This document shows, piece by piece, positions 1-7,628 of a DNA stretch of 64,000 nucleotides. Source of the stretch: an uncultured Candidatus Saccharibacteria bacterium (GTDB lineage Bacteria; Patescibacteriota; Minisyncoccia; Phycocordibacterales; JAKAEA01); assembly GCA_964577595.1 (NCBI GenBank), contig CAZNZK010000001.1:1434-65433 (forward strand), in the 5' to 3' direction. Position 1 is the stretch's first letter; each line of letters begins with the position of its first letter. Position numbers and translations under genes: made by a program. The notes under the pieces were generated by a model. The model was not told where the DNA came from and ran no database searches. It worked only from the letters and a program-made list of their open reading frames with translations.

Positions 1-800
1 CCGAGCAAAACCTGGCCGCCACCGCCAGCGGCATGGCCGCCATGGGCAAAATTCCGTTTATCGCTTCCTATGCCATGTTCAGCCCTGGCCGCAACTGGGA
101 GCAAATCCGCACCACCATTTGCTACAACAATCGCCCCGTCAAAATAGCCGGCTCGCATGCGGGCGTCTCCGTTGGCCCCGACGGTGGCACCCACCAGGCC
201 ATTGAGGACATCGCCATCACCCGCGTCATTCCGCGCATGGTCGTCATTTCCCCCTGCGATGCCATTGAAGCTAAAAAGGCGACGATTGCCGCGGCCAAAA
301 CTTCAGCGCCGACCTACATTCGCCTGGCGCGCGAAAAAACTCCCATCATCACCACTGAAAGTTCGCCATTTGAAATAGGGAAGGCGCAGGTAGTTTTCCA
401 GCCCATCACCCGCACGCCCGACGTCGCTATTATTGCCACCGGCGCTCTCGTCCACAAAGCGCTCCTTGCCGCTGCCGCTCTGGAAAAAGAAAAAATCGGC
501 GTCACCGTTCTCAATCTTCACACCATTAAACCCCTCGACGAACGCGCCATCCTCAAGCTCGCCGAAGAAGCCGGCGCAATCGTCACCGTGGAAGAGCATC
601 AAATAGCCGGTGGCATGGGCTCCGCCGTCGCCGAGCTCATCGCCGCCAAGGGCAAGCCGGTCCCTATTGAATTCATCGGCGTCCACGACCAATTCGGCCA
701 ATCCGGCACCCCCGCCGAACTCATTGAACACTATGGTATGGGCAAAGACGCGATTTTAGAAGCAGTAAAAAAAGTCCTCCAAAGAAAGGCTAAAAAATAA
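1..800 (+). CDS. Transketolase, C-terminal (pyrimidine-binding/C-terminal domain) subunit; 5' end is outside the window
   Basis: ORF 33..800 is open to the window edge. Motifs such as GSHAGVSVGPDGGTHQAIEDIA and a C-terminal TK_C-like region are typical of split transketolase subunit B. Confidence 0.85.
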   Translation, partial: EQNLAATASGMAAMGKIPFIASYAMFSPGRNWEQIRTTICYNNRPVKIAGSHAGVSVGPDGGTHQAIEDIAITRVIPRMVVISPCDAIEAKKATIAAAKTSAPTYIRLAREKTPIITTESSPFEIGKAQVVFQPITRTPDVAIIATGALVHKALLAAAALEKEKIGVTVLNLHTIKPLDERAILKLAEEAGAIVTVEEHQIAGGMGSAVAELIAAKGKPVPIEFIGVHDQFGQSGTPAELIEHYGMGKDAILEAVKKVLQRKAKK

Positions 801-839
801 GAAGTGTAAGACAAAAAGATTTTAAGGTACAATAGTACT

Positions 840-1739
840 ATGGCTATCCGCACTCCATCAAAAAATAGCTCCGTTACTGGCTTAAGGGGCTTACCAGTAC
901 AGAATATAAAACCAATATCTACCGAGGTTATTCTGGGTAATAGTCTTGACGTGTTAAAAAAAATTGATTCAAATTATGTCGATTTGGTAGTTACTTCACC
1001 CCCGTATAGCGACCAAAGAGATTCCACTTATGGTGGCATAAAAGCAGATAAATATGTTGAATGGTTTTTGCCTATCAGCGCAGAACTCTTGAGGGTTTTG
1101 AAACCAACAGGAACATTTGTCTTAAACATTAAAGAAAAAGTGACCAATGGCGAACGACATACCTATATTCTTAATTTAATTTTAGAAATGCGAAAACAGG
1201 GCTGGTTTTGGACGGAAGAATTTATTTGGCATAAAAAAAATTGCTATCCGGGTAAGTGGCCAAATCGTTTTCGTGATGCCTGGGAACGACTCTTGCAATT
1301 CAATAAAGATAAAAAATTCAATATGTATCAAGATGAGGTTATGGTGCCGACCGGCGATTGGGCAAAGACGCGATTAAAAAATCTCAGCGAGACGGATAAG
1401 ACACGCGACAATTCTAAGGTGGGAAGTGGTTTTGGAAAAAATATTTCTAATTGGATAGGTAGAGAAATGGCTTATCCGAGTAATGTCTTACATCTGGCAA
1501 CTGAAAGTGGCAATAAAAAACATAGCGCAGCATTTCCCAAAGAATTACCTCGTTGGTTTATCAAGCTTTTTACTAAGCCCGGGGACATGGTGCTTGATCC
1601 TTTTCTTGGTTCTGGGACAACGAGCGTTGTCTCAAAGGAAATGGCTCGAAATAGCATAGGTATTGAAATTTTGCAGGAATACTATACTCTTGCTAAGGAG
1701 AACGTGGCGAATGTACAAGACCGTCTACCGCTTCTCTAG
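840..1739 (+). CDS. Beta-class DNA methyltransferase (N4-cytosine or N6-adenine); the SPPY catalytic motif precedes the FxGxG AdoMet motif
   Basis: The motif VVTSPPYSD lies near the N-terminus and DPFLGSGTT near the C-terminus, the permuted order typical of beta-group amino-MTases. The gene is low-GC compared with its flanks. Confidence 0.85.
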   Translation: MAIRTPSKNSSVTGLRGLPVQNIKPISTEVILGNSLDVLKKIDSNYVDLVVTSPPYSDQRDSTYGGIKADKYVEWFLPISAELLRVLKPTGTFVLNIKEKVTNGERHTYILNLILEMRKQGWFWTEEFIWHKKNCYPGKWPNRFRDAWERLLQFNKDKKFNMYQDEVMVPTGDWAKTRLKNLSETDKTRDNSKVGSGFGKNISNWIGREMAYPSNVLHLATESGNKKHSAAFPKELPRWFIKLFTKPGDMVLDPFLGSGTTSVVSKEMARNSIGIEILQEYYTLAKENVANVQDRLPLL

Positions 1740-1742
1740 TTC

Positions 1743-2504
1743 ATGCGAAAAATAGAATATAGTGAAATTGACGCGTTTATAACGGCTTCCATTATGAAGC
1801 CATTTTATGATGATCGGCTCAGGAAACTCAAGGAACTAAATTTAGAGAATATCCTGAAACGGAAAAATCCGTATCTATTCAAGGCAAAAAATATTGAGAC
1901 CAGTGGGGAATTTGTTAAATATATTCTGGACGCATTTCTTTCTTCTCAAGAGGAAACCATCTTCGGTAATCTGCTTGAAGAGTTGGCAATATTTATTTGT
2001 GCAAAAGTATTTAAAGGGAAGAAAGCTGAACAAGGTGTGTTTAAGAGTGTTGACCTACAATTTGAAAAAGATAATAAGCACTATATTGTAGGTATAAAAT
2101 CTGGTCCCAATTGGGGCAACAAAGATCAGGTTGATGCAATGAAGTTAAACTTCAAAGTAGCCAAAGCTCTCTTGAAGACCAGCGGAATCAAAAAAGAAGT
2201 CGTCGCTGTGAATGGTTGTATCTACGGAAAAGAGCGAACTCCTTTTAAAGAGAATGAAGATCCAGAAAAGAGTTATTACAAGATTTGTGGCCAAGAATTC
2301 TGGGAATTTATTTCTGGTGATAGTAACCTCTACAAAAACATCATTCTTCCTTTAGATAAAGAGGCGAAAGCAAGAGGGGAGTACTTTAAGGAAGTATATG
2401 CTCAAAAAAGCAATGAGATGATTAAAGAATTTTCCGATTCTTTTCTTACAAAATCGGGTCAGATAGATTGGGAGAAAATTGTTGATTTTGTTTCTAAGAA
2501 ATAA
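1743..2504 (+). CDS. Putative Type II restriction endonuclease partner of the adjacent MTase (hypothetical, PD-(D/E)xK-like)
   Basis: The ORF starts 4 nt after the MTase stop on the same strand, in the same low-GC island. A candidate E...D-x3-EK segment (VDLQFEKDNK) is present. I recognise no family. Confidence 0.45.
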   Translation: MRKIEYSEIDAFITASIMKPFYDDRLRKLKELNLENILKRKNPYLFKAKNIETSGEFVKYILDAFLSSQEETIFGNLLEELAIFICAKVFKGKKAEQGVFKSVDLQFEKDNKHYIVGIKSGPNWGNKDQVDAMKLNFKVAKALLKTSGIKKEVVAVNGCIYGKERTPFKENEDPEKSYYKICGQEFWEFISGDSNLYKNIILPLDKEAKARGEYFKEVYAQKSNEMIKEFSDSFLTKSGQIDWEKIVDFVSKK

Positions 2505-2564
2505 GAGTTAGCCTCGCTGATTTTGACAAAACGATTCTTTTGTAGCATAACCTGCATATTCGTA

Positions 2565-2592
2565 TTGCTTGTATAATTTAGTGGTATATAAT
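2565..2592 (+). promoter_or_regulatory. Sigma70-like promoter for the 2622 gene (TTGCTT-16-TATAAT), with an additional TTGACA at 2523-2528
   Basis: TTGCTT lies at 2565-2570, there is a 16-nt spacer, and TATAAT lies at 2587-2592. The ATG is 29 nt downstream. Confidence 0.5.
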
Positions 2593-2621
2593 ACATTTAT
2601 TACAAATAATTATGTATCACT

Positions 2622-3176
2622 ATGGAAAATGACGAAAAAAATGTGGAAGTAAGTTTGAAAGGGGGTGGGCTTGATTTTAGTTATAAAACTTCTCTCCAAA
2701 AAGCCGCTCATGTAATAGCTTTTTTGAGCACAGGTAAGGAAATACAAAACAATAGTGGTACTGTAAAGACAGAATCTGTAGTTTTTTTGGGGTCAAACCA
2801 TCAGCGTTCCACCGGTTCGCCTTTGGATGCTATAAAGCAATCGACTGCGCGTACTTACCCACAAAAAATTGCTGTACTCGGTAAATTTCTTACAGAGCGT
2901 GACAATAGGGAAACATTTGATCCTAAAGAAATACTCACTTTGTTACGTCGTATGGGTGATATGCCCAAGAATTTTACCCGCGATTTAAAAGATGCTGGTT
3001 TGTTGGGTTATGTTACCGAAGAGCCAAATAATGAATATCTACTAACAGAACACGGTAAGCAAACGGTGGAGTCAAAATTTCAAGGTGCCATTGCTGCCAG
3101 TTCTGGTGTAAAGAAGAAATCAAAAAAGAAAGTTAACAATGATATTCCTCAAACGAAAATAAATCATGGCGAATAA
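2622..3176 (+). CDS. Hypothetical 184-aa protein with a Lys-rich C-terminal tail
   Basis: The ORF has its own strong promoter and low GC. It ends in KKKSKKKVNN and overlaps the next gene by 11 nt. Confidence 0.6.
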   Translation: MENDEKNVEVSLKGGGLDFSYKTSLQKAAHVIAFLSTGKEIQNNSGTVKTESVVFLGSNHQRSTGSPLDAIKQSTARTYPQKIAVLGKFLTERDNRETFDPKEILTLLRRMGDMPKNFTRDLKDAGLLGYVTEEPNNEYLLTEHGKQTVESKFQGAIAASSGVKKKSKKKVNNDIPQTKINHGE

Positions 3177-3372
3177 ACGACTATACATAGAGCGTAGACC
3201 CGAGGGTGACTACGCTGTTAGGCGTCCAGATTCTGAGCGTGCAAGCGCTGTGGCGCCTACACAAGCAGAAGCAATTGAAAAAGCAAGGGAATTAAGTCCT
3301 GGCACAGCTCCCGATGTAGAGCGAGTGCGCTACACATCAGGGGGTAATCCGGATAAGTGGCGTCGTGCTTAA
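3166..3372 (+). CDS. DUF2188-family small protein
   Basis: The sequence YIERRPEGDYAVRRPDSERASAVAPTQAEAIEKAREL..GG matches the DUF2188 pattern as I remember it. Its GC is high, like the host genome. Confidence 0.7.
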   Translation: MANKRLYIERRPEGDYAVRRPDSERASAVAPTQAEAIEKARELSPGTAPDVERVRYTSGGNPDKWRRA

Positions 3373-3377
3373 TTTAG

Positions 3378-4424
3378 TTACACCTTCCTCACCTTATAAT
3401 CCGCGGGGGCTTTCTTCAAAAAATCGAGTAATTTCGGCATGGTCAAGAGACCTTCTTGTGCACCCACATATTGCACGACGGATTGGGAGTTAATTGGGCC
3501 CCAAGAGAGGGCGTCGCTCAAGGATTTGCCCATGGCGAGGGCGACGGTGACTGTGGAGCTGAAGGCGTCGCCAGCGCCGGTGCGTTCGTAGGGCGTATGC
3601 GGGTAAATTCCAATGAACCAGAGATCGGTGCCATCGTAGGCGAAAGCGCCATTCATGCCGTCGGTGATGCAGACAATTTTGGGGCCGAGGGCGCGGAGGG
3701 CTTTGGCGAAGTCTAAGATTTCAGCGTTCTTTTCTTCTGACGAAGCGTTTTCGGGGCGTTCAGTTTTGCCGAGGATACGGGCGGCTTCTTCGCGGTTGCA
3801 GAAGAAAATTTCGGTGCGCTCGTAGATGCTTTTGAGGGCGGTGGTGCCAAACTTCATTTGGTAGGTGCCGGGCTGGAAGGCGAGCTTCACTTTCGGATTG
3901 GCTTTGAGGTAGGCGGCGATTTCCTGGTGATAGGGCAGGGAGTTTTCGCCGAGGGAGCTGAGGTAGATCCACTTGGGTGCGTCGTTTTTGGTGAGGGGGA
4001 ATTTGTAGGGGTACTGCTGGTGCTTCACGAGGATAGTGCGCTCCACGCCATACCACAACACGTAGTGGTAGTTGGAAATCATGGTTTTGTGGGTGGTGAC
4101 AAACTGCGTGGCGACTTTATTGGTTTTGTAGGAGGCGAGCATTTCTTTGCCGTAGCTGTCGCCGCCGACATCGGAAATAATAACGGCTTTCAGGCCGAGG
4201 CGGGCCGCGGAAACGGCGGCGTTGGCGCTATTGCCCACGCCAGCAATGACTTTCACGAAATCGTAGGGGATTTTTTCGCCGAAGGTAACACAGAGTTCTT
4301 TAGTAACGCCGTCAGCGGCAGGCAGGACGGTGGCATCGGTCAGATGAATAAAGGCATCGGTCACCGTGTCGCCGATAGCGATGAATTCAGGGCCGCCGCC
4401 AAAAATGTTTGAAATGAATGACAT
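3378..4424 (-). CDS. PfkB-family carbohydrate/nucleoside kinase (ribokinase-like)
   Basis: The C-terminus carries GAGDAFSSTV and the N-terminus carries Gly-rich GGGPEF. The ATG at 4424 is preferred over the TTG at 4460. Confidence 0.85.
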   Translation of the reverse strand: MSFISNIFGGGPEFIAIGDTVTDAFIHLTDATVLPAADGVTKELCVTFGEKIPYDFVKVIAGVGNSANAAVSAARLGLKAVIISDVGGDSYGKEMLASYKTNKVATQFVTTHKTMISNYHYVLWYGVERTILVKHQQYPYKFPLTKNDAPKWIYLSSLGENSLPYHQEIAAYLKANPKVKLAFQPGTYQMKFGTTALKSIYERTEIFFCNREEAARILGKTERPENASSEEKNAEILDFAKALRALGPKIVCITDGMNGAFAYDGTDLWFIGIYPHTPYERTGAGDAFSSTVTVALAMGKSLSDALSWGPINSQSVVQYVGAQEGLLTMPKLLDFLKKAPADYKVRKV

Positions 4425-4497
4425 AAGGTGGTTTTTATGGGTACTGCACCAGTATACCAAACCTTTTATGTGTAGATAGTCGTAGTATAATAAAAGA

Positions 4498-5406
4498 ATG
4501 CTAAAAAGATTTTCTTATGCTGTTGCGGGTATCGCTTTGGCGCTTACGCCTTTTACTGTTATTCATGCCCAAACCGCGCCAACTATTTCCATTGGCATCA
4601 GCCAGTTTTCGCCGGGCACGCAGGTGACGGTGGGCACCGCGCTGACCTTTCAAATAAATATTTCTGGCTTTACGACGCCGACCTATGGGGTGGGGGATTC
4701 TTTTTCGGGGAGCACCATTACTCCGAGCGACATCGCCTACAACGGCGCTTTTTCCTGGACGCCGACAGCGGCGGATATTGGTTATCACCAACTTCGCATT
4801 AGCGCGACCGATGGTAATGGCGACAGTGCCACTATCATGCAGAACGTGACCGTTGCAGCGGTTGGCAGTGTGTCTATGTTATCTATAAGTCCTGGCGCGC
4901 AGGTGGCGGCTGGAACTCGTGTGGGCTTTAACGTCCAGGCCAACGGCTTCACACCACCTATTTATTCAGTGAGCGATTCTTTTTCTGGTACGAGCGTTAA
5001 TAATAATGACGTAGACCAAAATGGCTATTTCAGCTGGACACCCGACGCCAGCCAAACGGGCACGCACAATATTACTATTCGAGTGAGCGACTACAACGGC
5101 CATCACGGAAGCATTAGTCAGCAAATAATCGTGGGCGCGCCAAGCTCGTTGGTAGCAGTTTCCTCGCCGGCTTCTGTGCCGGTTACTGTGGGCGCGATAT
5201 TTACCAGCACGCTTGATGTTGGTTCAACGGGTTCGCAGGTGACGGCTTTGCAGCAACGTTTAACGACCAATGGATTCTATACAGGGCCGATTACTGGTTT
5301 CTTTGGCGCGGTGACTGCCGTGGCAGTAAAAAAGTTCCAGGCGGCTCACGGCCTTTCGCCGGTAGGCGCCGTTGGTCCCGCTACTCGCGCGCTTTTAAAT
5401 AAATAA
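4498..5406 (+). CDS. Secreted protein with two tandem Ig-like repeats (~95 aa each) and a C-terminal PG_binding_1-like peptidoglycan-binding domain
   Basis: There is a signal peptide. The internal repeats are ISIGISQFSPG...NVTV and LSISPGAQVAAG...QIIV. The C-terminal motif is VTALQQRLTTNGFYTGPITGFFGAVTAVAVKKFQAAHGL. Confidence 0.8.
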   Translation: MLKRFSYAVAGIALALTPFTVIHAQTAPTISIGISQFSPGTQVTVGTALTFQINISGFTTPTYGVGDSFSGSTITPSDIAYNGAFSWTPTAADIGYHQLRISATDGNGDSATIMQNVTVAAVGSVSMLSISPGAQVAAGTRVGFNVQANGFTPPIYSVSDSFSGTSVNNNDVDQNGYFSWTPDASQTGTHNITIRVSDYNGHHGSISQQIIVGAPSSLVAVSSPASVPVTVGAIFTSTLDVGSTGSQVTALQQRLTTNGFYTGPITGFFGAVTAVAVKKFQAAHGLSPVGAVGPATRALLNK

Positions 5407-5409
5407 CCG

Positions 5410-5428
5410 GGGTCAGGCACCGGTTAAT
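5410..5428. repeat. Half-copy of the GGGTCAGGCACCGGTTAAT repeat family
   Basis: It matches the first 19 nt of the 40-nt elements at 34063 and 34692 exactly. It lies 4 nt after the stop of the 4498 gene. Confidence 0.7.
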
Positions 5429-5440
5429 TTCCAATCAACA

Positions 5441-5468
5441 AAAAACCCGCGGTTTAGTGCGGGTTTTC
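5441..5468. terminator. Bidirectional rho-independent terminator between the convergent 4498 gene and the csp gene
   Basis: The stem is ACCCGC/GCGGGT with an 8-nt loop. It is flanked by an A-run and a T-run. Confidence 0.7.
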
Positions 5469-5507
5469 TGCTTAAGTTGCTCCGTAAGGGGCGCCTTAAA
5501 TGCCTGA

Positions 5508-5705
5508 TTACGCGCGTTGCACGTTGACGGCATTGATGCCCTTTGGGCTGTCTTCAGTTTCAAAGCTGACGGCATCGCCTTCGCGAAGCTCATCAAACAT
5601 TACGCCGACAAGGGACTTGGAATGGAAGAAAATATCCTTTCCGCCGTCCTGAGGGGCGATGAAACCAAAACCCTTAGGCATGATCTTTTTGATCGTTCCT
5701 TTCAT
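5508..5705 (-). CDS. Cold-shock protein (CspA family)
   Basis: The sequence MKGTIKKIMPKGFGFI...DAVSFE is canonical for a cold-shock domain (CSD). Confidence 0.85.
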   Translation of the reverse strand: MKGTIKKIMPKGFGFIAPQDGGKDIFFHSKSLVGVMFDELREGDAVSFETEDSPKGINAVNVQRA

Positions 5706-5888
5706 GAGTGAATGGTGATTTAATAAAAACAAATAGAATGTTCGTGGATCGACGATTTCGAATCACGCTGTTTGTTACAGGGTATGATAGCATAGCCCGT
5801 TGTGCTTGTCAACTACTTCTAAATATTGTCTGGTTTTGCCCTTGTAACGGCTTGCTAAAGGAATTTTTCGGCATGGTATACTATTTCC

Positions 5889-6785
5889 ATGAAAACTTTG
5901 CGCGAATATGTGGCCGCGGCGAGCGAGAAGAAAATCGCCATTGGCCATTTTAATATTTCCGATATTGCGGGGCTTTGGGCGGTGTTTACTGCGGCGAAAG
6001 AGCTCGTTCCTGGTCAGAAAACACCTATTATTATCGGCGCCTCGGAAGGGGAGCGAGAGTTCATTGGTGTGCCTCAGGTAGCAGCACTGGTGAAAAGCTT
6101 GCGTGAAGAATTTGACTACCCGGTCTTTCTCAATGGCGACCACACCTATTCATTTGAAAAAGTAACAGCGGCTATTGACGCCGGTTTTGATTCGGTGATT
6201 TTTGACGGCGCCCAGCTTTCTTTTGATGACAACGTGAAGCAGACAAAACAGTGCGTTGACTATGCCCGCGAAGTCACGAAAAAGACTGGCCGTGACATTT
6301 TAATAGAAGGGGAGCTCGGCTACATCGGTGTTTCTTCCAAGGTGCTGGATGCTATTCCGGCGGGCGTTGGCCTTTCCGGTGATGCTCTCACTTCGCCTGA
6401 GCAAGCTAAAGAATTTGTCGCAAAAACCGGCGTAGACATGCTCGCTCCGGCCATTGGCAGTTTTCATGGCATGGTTAAAGGAATGACGGTGAAGCCGGGG
6501 CTTGATATTCCACGCATCGCCGCTATCCGCACCGCCACGGGCGTGCCCCTTGTGCTCCATGGTGGCTCTGGTAATAAGGACGAGGATTTTATCAATTCCA
6601 TCACGGCCGGCATCAATATCGTGCACATAAATACCGAAATTCGCGTGGCCTATCGCGATGCCCTAGTGCTCTTTTTGCAGGAAAATCCCGAAGAAGTCGC
6701 TCCTTATAAGTATCTACGGGCCGGTTCGCAGGCCATGCAGAAAGTTATCACCGGGCGTTTGAAGCTGTTTAATAAGATTGCCTAA
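5889..6785 (+). CDS. fba: Fructose/tagatose-bisphosphate aldolase, class II
   Basis: The N-terminus reads GHFNI. The sequence LVLHGGSGNKDED is typical of class II FBA. Confidence 0.85.
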   Translation: MKTLREYVAAASEKKIAIGHFNISDIAGLWAVFTAAKELVPGQKTPIIIGASEGEREFIGVPQVAALVKSLREEFDYPVFLNGDHTYSFEKVTAAIDAGFDSVIFDGAQLSFDDNVKQTKQCVDYAREVTKKTGRDILIEGELGYIGVSSKVLDAIPAGVGLSGDALTSPEQAKEFVAKTGVDMLAPAIGSFHGMVKGMTVKPGLDIPRIAAIRTATGVPLVLHGGSGNKDEDFINSITAGINIVHINTEIRVAYRDALVLFLQENPEEVAPYKYLRAGSQAMQKVITGRLKLFNKIA

Positions 6786-6844
6786 ACCGTTGCATTTTTA
6801 GCGGTTTCTTGTATACTGTGCTCCTGCTTTTATATTGACCTTGT

Positions 6845-7564
6845 ATGTTAACTTTGGATTACACCCCCCGCGACAGCAAAATCAAGCCGGAAGCCCTCCG
6901 CGTAAGTGGTTCCGTGCCAGCTGTTTTTTACGGCCCTAAGCAAGCGTCCACGCCGGTGACGCTTAAAGCGATTGATTTTCTCAAGGCTTGGAAAAAGGCT
7001 GGCGAGTCTTCCATTATTATCTTGAAAGGCCCGAAAGGCGAGGAGCATGAGGCGCTTATCCACGACGTTGACCTTCACCCAGTGAGCGAAGCACCCCTGC
7101 ATGCTGATTTTTATGTTATTGAAAAGGGTAAGAAGCTTAGTTTGGAAATTCCACTTGAATTTACCGGTGTTTCCGCGGCTGTTAAGGATTTAGGCGGCAC
7201 GCTCGTTAAAGTGCTCCACGACATTGAAATTGAAGCTCTGCCTAAGGATCTCCCGCACACGCTTACTGTTGATATTAGCCTCCTCACCACTCTGGAAAGC
7301 CAAATTCTCGCCAAGCAAATCGTTCTGCCGGCCGGCGTAGAGCTCATTAGCGGCCCTGAAGAAGTTGTGGCCGCCATTACGGTTGCTAAGGAAGAAGTTG
7401 AAGAGCCTTCTAAAACCATTGACGATATTGAAGTAGTTGGTGCCAAGGGTAAGGAAGAAGTCGCCGAAGGTGATGCCGCCGCCGCGGGTAAGGATGCCAA
7501 AGCGGGCGATAAAGCCGCTAAGCCAGCCGAAAAAGGCGCTGAAAAGAAGCCTGAGAAAAAATAA
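6845..7564 (+). CDS. rplY: Ribosomal protein L25/general stress protein Ctc with a Lys/Ala/Glu-rich C-terminal extension
   Basis: It has an L25 N-terminal domain and a Ctc-type beta-barrel. The tail is low-complexity. Confidence 0.8.
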   Translation: MLTLDYTPRDSKIKPEALRVSGSVPAVFYGPKQASTPVTLKAIDFLKAWKKAGESSIIILKGPKGEEHEALIHDVDLHPVSEAPLHADFYVIEKGKKLSLEIPLEFTGVSAAVKDLGGTLVKVLHDIEIEALPKDLPHTLTVDISLLTTLESQILAKQIVLPAGVELISGPEEVVAAITVAKEEVEEPSKTIDDIEVVGAKGKEEVAEGDAAAAGKDAKAGDKAAKPAEKGAEKKPEKK

Positions 7565-7593
7565 TCTGAAAGAGCAAAAATATAGTATACTAA

Positions 7594-7623
7594 AACCCGT
7601 CAATCCCATTTTGACGGGTTTTT
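7594..7623 (+). terminator. Rho-independent terminator after rplY
   Basis: The stem CCCGTCAA/TTGACGGG is followed by a T-run. Confidence 0.7.
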
Positions 7624-7628
7624 TGTTT

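Noticed and set aside
801-3176. att-like direct repeats flanking the low-GC R-M island
   Set aside because: Only trivial A-rich matches are visible at the two boundaries. No convincing target-site duplication could be identified by eye.
4424-4460. The TTG start at 4460 for the PfkB kinase, as given in the ORF track
   Set aside because: The ATG at 4424 directly precedes the conserved N-terminal Gly-rich kinase motif. The 12 extra residues (MVYWCSTHKNHL) have no support.
7437-7628. A longer start for the lytic-transglycosylase gene that overlaps rplY by 128 nt
   Set aside because: An in-frame ATG at 7629 follows the rplY terminator directly and yields a clean signal peptide. The upstream extension is read-through of the Lys/Ala-rich L25 tail in another frame.
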